From NCBI GenBank assembly GCA_963786105.1, contig CAWAXX010000002.1, positions 1-64,000 on the forward strand: 64,000 nt of DNA. Direction: 5' to 3'. Both the position numbers and the translations under genes were made by a program. This document shows, in pieces, positions 17,167-25,238 of this stretch; position 1 is the first letter of the stretch, and each line of letters starts with the position of its first letter. A model generated the notes under the pieces. The model was not told the origin of the DNA. It did not search any database and saw only the letters and a list, made by a program, of their open reading frames with translations. The stretch comes from Vulcanimicrobiota bacterium. GTDB taxonomy: Bacteria; Vulcanimicrobiota; Vulcanimicrobiia; Vulcanimicrobiales; Vulcanimicrobiaceae.

Positions 17167-18761
17167 TTATTCGTCCTCGATTGACGAGTGTCCGGTGGTA
17201 CCGAGCAGTTGAATCCCCACGGTTTCCAAATCCAAAATCCGCTGAATTTTCTCAACACCGTATTATCGACTTTGCCGCGCTCGCCCAGCTTGATGAGCTC
17301 GCGGCGCTGAACCTCGAGCAGCTCGCACTCGGTCTTACGATACAGGGCCGTCGTGGCGGCCGCATCGCGGCGTCGATCGTCGGTTCCGAACTCCGCCCAC
17401 CGCGCGCTGAACCGTTTGCGCAACAGATCGAGCATGCCGGACGGAATCCTGCCGTCGCGTTCGAGCTGGTCGATGTGCTTGAGCGCCGCGCGCGCGGTTG
17501 CGGCCAGGGCGATCTTTTCCTCGCGTTCGTCGGCGCCGTCATCTTTAACCCCGAGCTTTCGAATGAGATACGGCAGCGTGCCGCCTTGGCCAACTAACGT
17601 TGCCAGCAAAACGACGAACGTCATGAAAATGAGCAAGTCGCGAAAGGGGAACGGCCCGGCCGACGTCTCGAGCGGAATCGCGAATGCGGCGGCTAGCGAG
17701 ACGCCGCCGCGCATGCCGGTCCAGGCCAAAATCGCCACGTGCGACCAATCGGCTTTCCCTTCGACGTGCTCCGGCTCGTTGGTTGCCGGCAACAATCCCT
17801 GCGCGAACGTCCACGCCAACCGCACGACGATGCAGGCGGCGGCCACCGCCCCCGACCACAACAGCAGTTGGCCGGCCGAATACTCGTGCAAACGCATCAC
17901 GATTTGGTGGAACGCGATGCCGACTTCGACGAAAATGAACGCGTTGAGCAGGAAAACGATCGTCACCCAATAGCCGGTAACGAGTTCGCGCGCTTGAGGC
18001 TGAAGCACGCTGGGCGTAAAACGGGTGACGAACAGTCCCGCGGTGACCGTCGCTAGGACCGCCGACGCGCCGATGTAGTAGGCCGGCAGGTACGCCACGA
18101 ACGGAATGACGATCGAGATCGCGCCCTGCAGCGTTTGGTCTTTGATGAATCGCCACGCCATTACCGCGATGCCTCCGGCAGCCAGGCCGATGGCGATCGC
18201 TTCGATAACGTCGAGCGCGAGCGCCCCCGCAGCGTGCAGCAGAGAGAAAGACGCACCGACCACCGCAGCGATTCCGACGCTGTAGAGAATCAGCGACGTC
18301 GCGTCGTTGACGAGACTCTCGCCTTCGATCGTTCCGATGACGTGCCGGGGCACGTTAAGCTGATCGGCGATGGCGGCGAACGCGACCTCGTCGGTCGACG
18401 AAACGATCGCTCCCAGGACGAACGCCACGCCCCAGCTCATTCCAGGAACGATCGCGTGCGCCACGGTCGCGACGATCACCGTCGTAACGATGACGAGGCC
18501 GAACGCCATCTGGAAAATCCACCACGCGCCGGCGCGAAACTCGCTGGTTGGTGCGGTCACACTTTCCCAGTAGAGCAGCGGCGGCAGAAAGACCACCAAC
18601 ACGAATTCCGGCGGCAACGTAACGGTTGGGATGCCGGGGATGAAGCCGATGGCCATGCCCCCGAGGACGACCACGATGGGGTAGGCCACGTTGATGCGGT
18701 TGGCGATCGCGACCAACACGATGATGGAAATGAACGCAACGACGAACGCGGCAACGCTCAT
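17167..18761 (-). CDS. CPA1-family Na+/H+ antiporter with apparent -1 frameshift near the 3' end
   Basis: LPPLLY, GAIVSSTD, IEGESLVND, GMRGGVSLAAA, QGGTLP. One extra base in the T4 run at 17247-17250 restores LRKIQRILDLE..IEDE-stop at 17167. Confidence 0.85.
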
Positions 18762-19423
18762 GCGTGCAAGAGATTGGATACCGTATTGACGACGAGAGCT
18801 AGGATGGCCGTGTTGTAGGCAAAAGAGACCAGCCCGTGACCGAGCACGTAGCGGCGAATGGTTCTATCGGTGATTTGCACGTCGGAAACTTGAAACGTCA
18901 TGCCGATCACGAACGAGAAGTAGGCGAAGTCGAAATCGTTCGGTTCGGTCGTCCCCGGGAAGAGGAGGCCGCCGTCGCTCTTCTTGTCGCGATCGCGGTC
19001 GCCGTAGTATAGGTGGGCGTAACGAAACACGAAGACGGAATGGATCAACATCCATCCGAGCACGACGGCAACGAAGCCGAGCGCGTAAATGACCGTCTCG
19101 TGCATTGGTAAGCGATCGTGGGGTCCGGGGCCGAGTATGAGGAAGGCGGCAATGAACCCAAAGACGACCGCCCCGATGACGACGACGAGGGCGGCGTTGC
19201 GTCCCGGATCTTGCGCGGCCGCGCGCGCCTTGGTCTGGGCCGCGCCGCTTTGCATCACCACCGCCCAGTAAAAGGCGAGAAGTGCGATCGCGGCAGCGTC
19301 GTAGGTCGCCACGACGCGAACCATGCTGTGGAGCCAAACCGGAGCGAAAAACAGCGTCGCGATCGCTGCAACGGCGGCTGTGGCTCCGGACACCGCAATC
19401 GGTACGAGCGCTCGGGTTCTCAT
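18758..19423 (-). CDS. DUF1345-family membrane protein
   Basis: YAHLYY, GLLFPG..P..FDFAYFSFVIGMTFQVSDV, H.LVSFAYNT.ILAL. Confidence 0.88.
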   Translation of the reverse strand: MRTRALVPIAVSGATAAVAAIATLFFAPVWLHSMVRVVATYDAAAIALLAFYWAVVMQSGAAQTKARAAAQDPGRNAALVVVIGAVVFGFIAAFLILGPGPHDRLPMHETVIYALGFVAVVLGWMLIHSVFVFRYAHLYYGDRDRDKKSDGGLLFPGTTEPNDFDFAYFSFVIGMTFQVSDVQITDRTIRRYVLGHGLVSFAYNTAILALVVNTVSNLLHA

Positions 19424-19540
19424 TCTGGTCGTGCAGTCTGCCCGGCTGACGCTCGGTTCCTGCCGCGTATCGATTTTCGCACGGGCCGTTCGACGATGGA
19501 GCAAGGGCCGGTTTCGGTCCCCAACCCCAACGGGCAGTCT

Positions 19541-20581
19541 TTACGGACTGAGCGCGATTTTGTACGGGGCCTGCAGCCCGGTGGCAGACCCGGCGATCGC
19601 CCGAAGCGGCGCGACGTTCCCATTAGCGGTATGTTTGAAGACGACGATCGAGCTCGACTGCGGGTTGACGGCATACATATTACCGTTGCGGTCGAGCGCG
19701 ATACCATTGGGAAAATCGAGCTGAGTCTTCGAGCCGCCGATCGATCGAATTGGAGCGACGTTGCCGTTGGCGCCGGGTGCGAAGACGAGAATGCTGCTGG
19801 CGCCTGCGTCGGTTGCGATAATCTCGCCGGCCGAGTCGATGGCGATGTCGGTGGGCGCCTTCAGCCGGGTGTTCGAGCCGGAAATCGTCGCGATAGGCGA
19901 GACGTTGCCGGTGGCGCCGGGCGCGAAGACGACGATCGCTCCGTTTGAGTTTGCCACGTAGACGGTGCCCGCGTTATCGACGCGGACGCCGAATGGGTCG
20001 ACGAGGGTCGTATTGCTGCCGCCAATGATGCGGTTTCCGGTGACGCAGCCGTGATCTGGCGGCGCGAAGACCGTGACGTCGTTTCCGTTCTTTCCGTTGG
20101 TGATGAAGAGATCGCCCTGTTGGTCGAAAGCCGCTCCGAGCGGGATCGTGGTGCCGCCGCAACTGATCGCGGTGGCCGGCGTGGCGTTGCCGTTGGCATT
20201 GGCGGCGAACGTTTCGGCATGGACGACGCCGTTGGCATTATCGACGTTGGAAACCCCGATTCGTCCATCGGCGGCTACCGCGATGCCGGTCGGGTCGGTG
20301 AGGCCCGTCTTCGAGCCGTGGATCGTACGAACTGGAGCGACGTTGCCGTCGGCCCTGGCACGAAAACCGAGGATCTCGCCGTCGAACGCGGCGACTTGTT
20401 GCGAGACGAAGATCGTCTCGCCCGCGGAATCTGGAGCGTCGACCGAGTCCGTGTCTGTGCCGGCGACAGCCACGTTGGGCGCAGCCTGAGGCTGGCCGGC
20501 AGGAGTGAGGTTCGTCTGCCCGGTGCAGGCTGCCAGCAGGAGCGTTGCGCTGGCGATGCCGATCGAAAGGTGCAGTTTCAT
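19541..20581 (-). CDS. NHL-repeat beta-propeller lipoprotein
   Basis: Lipobox LAAC and repeats A.GNVAP.R.I.G..T.L..P.GIA.D. An alternative start exists at 20593. Confidence 0.85.
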   Translation of the reverse strand: MKLHLSIGIASATLLLAACTGQTNLTPAGQPQAAPNVAVAGTDTDSVDAPDSAGETIFVSQQVAAFDGEILGFRARADGNVAPVRTIHGSKTGLTDPTGIAVAADGRIGVSNVDNANGVVHAETFAANANGNATPATAISCGGTTIPLGAAFDQQGDLFITNGKNGNDVTVFAPPDHGCVTGNRIIGGSNTTLVDPFGVRVDNAGTVYVANSNGAIVVFAPGATGNVSPIATISGSNTRLKAPTDIAIDSAGEIIATDAGASSILVFAPGANGNVAPIRSIGGSKTQLDFPNGIALDRNGNMYAVNPQSSSIVVFKHTANGNVAPLRAIAGSATGLQAPYKIALSP

Positions 20582-20649
20582 AGAGGAGAGCATGCCTGAC
20601 CGAAATGAAGATCTTCTGAACGCCGCGTCCGCGAATGGAGGTTCGTTCT

Positions 20650-21603
20650 ATGAGAACGCTTGCGACCGCGATTATGGCAACGCTCGCGCTTGCCGGGTGT
20701 GACGCCGGCGCCACCATGGTGGCCGCGCCGGTCAATGTCTCGGGCTTTCTTGCGCCCGCGCATGTCGCTCGCCCCGTGTGGTGGCGTGAAGCTCCCGAGC
20801 GGGCACGAGCGGGGGTTTACGTTACGCAGGCAAACGGCGCGTCGGACGGCGTCGTGTTCGGCTTCAAAGCTCGCAACAGAGCAAACGACCGGCCGTCGTG
20901 TTCCATCGATAACCAAACGCTTACCCAAAGTCAACTCGGGGCGGATGCGAGCGGCAACATTTACGTTCCGGACGCCAAGACGAGCGCCGTAAACGTCTAC
21001 GCTCCGAATTGCGGAGGTCTCGTGGGCTCGTTCGTGGATCCCTATGGCTCGCCCGTCGACGTAACCGTCCACGGCGCCACTATCTACGCCGCCGGCGGCG
21101 ACCACGTCGCGGTATGCTCGACGAGCGGTTGCACTTCCGCGTTGACCGACCCTTCGATTTTTCAGTTAGAAACCGCGGCGGTCGATTCGAAAGGCAACGT
21201 CTGGGCGACGTACTATAATCAGGGCTTCGCCGTTTCGCTCATCGTTTGGCCCGGCGGTTCGATGCCCGGTCACCCGGTCAGCGGCTACGCGAATCAAAAT
21301 ACACCGGGAGACCTGCTCTTCGACCGGCACGACAGACTCGTTTCCGTTCAAACGCTATTCTCCCACGTTTATACTTACCGATGCGACGCCTCGAAGGCTG
21401 CGTGTGCGAACACCGGAATCTTTGCGCTGAAGGGCGGCTCGCTGTTCGGCGCACTCAACGCAAAGAACACGAACCTCCAAGTGACCGATTACAAGAACGG
21501 CTCGGTCGACGTCTACGCGTATCCCAGCTTCGCCTACGAGTACAGCTACAGCCGCGGTTTCATGCCGAATTACAGCGTGGAGGGCATCGTCCAAACGCAT
21601 TGA
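20650..21603 (+). CDS. Beta-propeller-type lipoprotein, function unknown
   Basis: GGAGG SD, lipobox LAGC, repeats such as DASGNIYV and VDSKGNVWA, paired Cys. Confidence 0.75.
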   Translation: MRTLATAIMATLALAGCDAGATMVAAPVNVSGFLAPAHVARPVWWREAPERARAGVYVTQANGASDGVVFGFKARNRANDRPSCSIDNQTLTQSQLGADASGNIYVPDAKTSAVNVYAPNCGGLVGSFVDPYGSPVDVTVHGATIYAAGGDHVAVCSTSGCTSALTDPSIFQLETAAVDSKGNVWATYYNQGFAVSLIVWPGGSMPGHPVSGYANQNTPGDLLFDRHDRLVSVQTLFSHVYTYRCDASKAACANTGIFALKGGSLFGALNAKNTNLQVTDYKNGSVDVYAYPSFAYEYSYSRGFMPNYSVEGIVQTH

Positions 21604-21628
21604 CGCGGAGGTCTCGTCCGCGGTGCGG

Positions 21629-21634
21629 TATACT
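21629..21634 (+). promoter_or_regulatory. Putative -10 box of a leaderless transcript
   Basis: TATACT lies 7 nt before ATG 21642 and there is no SD. Confidence 0.5.
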
Positions 21635-21641
21635 CCCGAAC

Positions 21642-22985
21642 ATGGAAGCTGACGCCGTCGTCATCGGCGCGGGTGCGGCCGGCCTGGCGGCGGCGCGCCG
21701 GCTGGCAGAACGGTCTTTGCGTGTGATCGTGCTGGAGGGGCGCGATCGCATCGGCGGACGCGTGTGGTCGCGAGCGCTTCCGGGGACGGACGCTCCTGTA
21801 GAACTCGGTGCGGAGTTCATCCACGGTCCGGCCGAGCCGACGATGCGGTTGATGCGCGAAGCTGGATTGCGTGCGGTTGCGACCGGTGACGAGTCGTGGG
21901 TGCGCGGTGAGGACGGCGAGCTTCGCCCCGATCCCGGCGATTTTTCCGCGGTCGCCGCCGAGGTCTTGGAACAAGCGAGTTCGCTTGCCGCCGACGAAAG
22001 CGTCGAGCGGTTCTTGCGGCGATTCGAGCGCAACGAGCCGGCGCGTGAGAGCGTCGAAATGTCGCGCGCGTTTGTCGAAGGGTTCGAGGCAGCCGACCCC
22101 GCGATCGCCAGCGTTCGAGCGATTGCCGACGAACTGCGGTCCGGCACCGACTCGTCGAGCGCGCGGCCAATCGGCGGTTACGCTCCGGTGTTCGAACATC
22201 TGCGAGCCGCGTGCGCCGATGCGGGAGTGCAGTTCCGCATGAATGCCGACGTGCGACGGATTGTATGGGGTCGCGGAGAAGTGGTCGTGAACTGCACCGA
22301 TCGCACGGGAACCGTAGACACACTGCGCGCGCGGGCCGCGATCGTTACGCTTCCGGTTGGCGTCTTACGCGATGGGATAGGCGGGAGCCGCGTCACGTTC
22401 GACCCCGAATTGCCGGCTGCGAAACGCGCAGCGCTCGATCGCATCGAGATGGGGCACGTCGTACGAGTGGTGCTGGGCTTTCGCTCGCCGTTCTGGGAAC
22501 AGCTTCGCGACGGCCGCTATCGCAACGCCGCATTCTTCCGAAGCGTGGAGAAACCGTTCATGGCCTATTGGACGCAAATGCCGCTGCGCAGCCGGTCGAT
22601 CGTCGCGTGGGCGGGCGCATCCGGCGCCGCCGCCCTTCGGGGCATGGCGGAATCGGAAATTATCGATCGTGCGCTCGACGGTTTCGGCGAGTTGCTCGAT
22701 GCGGCCGCGCTCGCGCGAACTCAGCTCGAGTCGGGCGCCGTGCACGATTGGGGGGCCGATCCGTTTTCGGGCGGCGCGTACAGTTACGCAGCCGTTGGCG
22801 GCGAAAACGCGCGGAAGGCGCTCGCGGTTCCAGTCGATCACGTGCTGTTCTTCGCGGGTGAGGCGACCTCGTTCGACGGTCAAGGCGGCACGGTGAGCGG
22901 AGCCCTCGAAACCGGCGAGCGGGCGGCCGAAGAAGTCGTGGCGGCACTTCACGCATCGTCGCAGACGGGAGGAGCCATTGGCTGA
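21642..22985 (+). CDS. Flavin monoamine oxidase family FAD oxidoreductase
   Basis: VIGAGAAGL, LEGRDRIGGR, ELGAEFIHG, DWGADPFSGGAYS, FFAGEAT, GTVSGALETG. Confidence 0.9.
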   Translation: MEADAVVIGAGAAGLAAARRLAERSLRVIVLEGRDRIGGRVWSRALPGTDAPVELGAEFIHGPAEPTMRLMREAGLRAVATGDESWVRGEDGELRPDPGDFSAVAAEVLEQASSLAADESVERFLRRFERNEPARESVEMSRAFVEGFEAADPAIASVRAIADELRSGTDSSSARPIGGYAPVFEHLRAACADAGVQFRMNADVRRIVWGRGEVVVNCTDRTGTVDTLRARAAIVTLPVGVLRDGIGGSRVTFDPELPAAKRAALDRIEMGHVVRVVLGFRSPFWEQLRDGRYRNAAFFRSVEKPFMAYWTQMPLRSRSIVAWAGASGAAALRGMAESEIIDRALDGFGELLDAAALARTQLESGAVHDWGADPFSGGAYSYAAVGGENARKALAVPVDHVLFFAGEATSFDGQGGTVSGALETGERAAEEVVAALHASSQTGGAIG

Positions 22986-23520
22986 GTCGGCATCGTCGAT
23001 GCTCGGCTCGTGGTCGAGCTATTTCGTCATCGTGGGTTCGTCGGCGGCCGCGTTGACCGGCTTGATGTTCGTCGTCATCACGATCGTGACGGGAACCGAA
23101 CGATTGCGACGATCGCCGGATGGCGTCTCGACGTTCAGCACGCCGACGGTCGTTCATTTTGGCGCGGCATTACTCGTTTCGGCGATTTTGAGCGCGCCTT
23201 GGCACTCGCTCGATCGCGCCGCCGCGATCGTCGGGCTCGTGGGTCTCTGCGGAATTTTCTATGCCGTACGAGTCATGCACCGCGCGAGACGGTTGAACGA
23301 CTACGCCGCCGATCTTGAAGACTGGGTCTGGTACGGCATTCTCCCGTTGGTTGCCTATGGAGCCGTCTTCGCCGGCGCGATCGATTCGTTCGTCTTTCCC
23401 GCGCAGGCACTGTTCGCGATTGCGGGCGGCGCGCTCTTGCTGATCTTTATCGGCATTCACAACGCCTGGGACGTCGTGACGTTCATCGCGATCGGGAAAT
23501 TCGACGAACCGCCAAAGTAA
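22978..23520 (+). CDS. Multi-pass membrane protein, hypothetical
   Basis: GGAGGA SD before TTG. GSSAAALTGLMFV and GIHNAWD motifs, about 5 TMs. Confidence 0.75.
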   Translation: MAESASSMLGSWSSYFVIVGSSAAALTGLMFVVITIVTGTERLRRSPDGVSTFSTPTVVHFGAALLVSAILSAPWHSLDRAAAIVGLVGLCGIFYAVRVMHRARRLNDYAADLEDWVWYGILPLVAYGAVFAGAIDSFVFPAQALFAIAGGALLLIFIGIHNAWDVVTFIAIGKFDEPPK

Positions 23521-23527
23521 CCAAAAA

Positions 23528-25048
23528 GTGAGTCACGAAGAGCGAATGCTCATCCCCGGCACCGAACGCCGGATTTGGCCCGGCAGTCGGCACGCCGATT
23601 CGGTGGCGGCCGGGTCGGACGTGCTATTGACGGCGTGGCTGCGTCCGCGCAGCGGCGGCGATCTCGACGGCGACGCCGCGCGAGCGATCGGAAGCGTGCC
23701 GCCATTGCATCGCACCTACGCCGACCGGAAAGCGCTCAAACGGCAAACCGATGCCGACGCCGCAGACGTCGAGATACTGCGCCGCTACTGCGATCGCGCG
23801 GGAATAACGGTCGGCGATTCGCATTGGCGATCGGTCACCATCAGCGGGCCGATCGACCGGCTCATCGACGCGTTCGGAGCGACGGTTGCAATCTTTGAAG
23901 ACGAGAGCCGGCGCCGCTTTCGCCACCGTTCCGGGGCGTTGCACGTGCCTCCCGAAATCCTCGCCATCGTCCGCGGCATATTTGGTCTGCACCAGTGGCC
24001 GCGCTCGCGAAAACTCGCGTCGTTGGAGCGGCATGCGACGCCGCTTCGGGCGCACGCGGTTGCGGAGCGTTACCGGTTCCCCGGCGACGACGGCGGCGGC
24101 CAGACCGTCGGAGTGCTGCAACTCAACGGCGTCTTCAACTCGGCCGATTTCGACCGGTGCATGACCGCCCAGAAGCTCGCACCGCAACAGCCGATCGTCA
24201 AGCGCATCGACAACGCGGTCGTCGAACACGAGATCGAGACGATCAAAGATCTCGAAGCGGCGCTCGACGTTCAGATCATCGCATCGCTCGCTCCGGGGGC
24301 GCGCGTGGTGGTGTACGAGGCGCCCAACGACGAACGCGGCTTCCTCGACGCCATCCGCACTGCGCTCTTCGACAACGAGTACGCGCCTTCGGTCCTTTCG
24401 ATCAGTTACGGTTGGCCCGAGCACCTATGGACGCCGGTAGCGCTCGGCATTCTCGACGAGCTCTTCGCGGTAGCGGCGCTGTTGGGCGTGAGCGTCTTTT
24501 GTGCGTCGGGAGACAACGGCGCCGAGCTCGATGCTGGCGGTAAGGCGCACGTGTTGGCGCCGGCTTCCAGCCCGTTCGCCATCGCTTGCGGAGCGACGGC
24601 CATCACCGATGCGGGCGAAGAGCGCGCCTGGGAGAAGACGGGCGGCGGTTTCAGCGAGCGCTTTGCGACCCCATCGTGGCAGGACGTCGCCGGATCGTCG
24701 GCCTCGCGATACGGCGTGCCCGCCGGACGGGGAGTTCCCGACGTAGCGGCACAGCAGTCACCTGGCTACTTCGTCGTAATGGACGGCGTCGAGCTTGCCA
24801 TGGGCGGTACCAGCGCGGTCGCGCCCGTCTGGGCAGCGCTAACGGCGCGGATTAACCAGCAGCTGGGTACGCCGATCGGTTTCTGCGCGCCGTTGTTGTA
24901 TCGACGATCGCCCGGGGCGCTATTTCGCCCCATTATAAAGGGAAGTAACGACCGCTTTCACGCCGGCGCGCCGTGGAATCCGTGCACCGGTCTCGGCGTC
25001 CCGATCGGCACCGCCATCGCGAACGAAGTCGGCGCATCGCCCGTGTAG
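23528..25048 (+). CDS. S53 (sedolisin/kumamolisin-like) peptidase with prodomain
   Basis: EAALD (Glu/Asp), SISYG, ASGDNG (oxyanion Asp), GRGVPDV, GGTSAVAP (Ser), WNPCTGLG. Confidence 0.9.
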   Translation: MSHEERMLIPGTERRIWPGSRHADSVAAGSDVLLTAWLRPRSGGDLDGDAARAIGSVPPLHRTYADRKALKRQTDADAADVEILRRYCDRAGITVGDSHWRSVTISGPIDRLIDAFGATVAIFEDESRRRFRHRSGALHVPPEILAIVRGIFGLHQWPRSRKLASLERHATPLRAHAVAERYRFPGDDGGGQTVGVLQLNGVFNSADFDRCMTAQKLAPQQPIVKRIDNAVVEHEIETIKDLEAALDVQIIASLAPGARVVVYEAPNDERGFLDAIRTALFDNEYAPSVLSISYGWPEHLWTPVALGILDELFAVAALLGVSVFCASGDNGAELDAGGKAHVLAPASSPFAIACGATAITDAGEERAWEKTGGGFSERFATPSWQDVAGSSASRYGVPAGRGVPDVAAQQSPGYFVVMDGVELAMGGTSAVAPVWAALTARINQQLGTPIGFCAPLLYRRSPGALFRPIIKGSNDRFHAGAPWNPCTGLGVPIGTAIANEVGASPV

Positions 25049-25050
25049 GC

Positions 25051-25233
25051 CTAGTTCATGCAGCCGAGAGCGTCGTCGATAAACTGTTTGTGGGCGGCTT
25101 TGAATTTCTCGACCGCTTTGTGCAGCCGTGCTTTGTCGACGCCGGCCATGGCGGCGAGTTTACGATGGAGTTCGTCGATCGCATGCCCGTGGGCGTGGAG
25201 CTCCGCGGAAGCCTGGTCGTGCGCGCTGGACAT
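25051..25233 (-). CDS. 60-aa His-rich helical protein
   Basis: Fills the gap 5 nt after the cyclase-STAND stop. Amphipathic two-helix pattern with plausible composition. Confidence 0.6.
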   Translation of the reverse strand: MSSAHDQASAELHAHGHAIDELHRKLAAMAGVDKARLHKAVEKFKAAHKQFIDDALGCMN

Positions 25234-25238
25234 TGGCT

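Noticed and set aside
17016..17250. ORF-track C-terminal extension of the antiporter
   Set aside because: It is a translation of REP DNA after a frameshift; the -1 frame gives the family-typical ending.
21246..21641. Long N-terminal extensions in the ORF track (also 1156, 2073, 6131, 14926, 29258, 31900, 33860, 35975)
   Set aside because: They overlap upstream genes. Downstream starts have SD or -10 signals or stop-start coupling and match the family N-termini.
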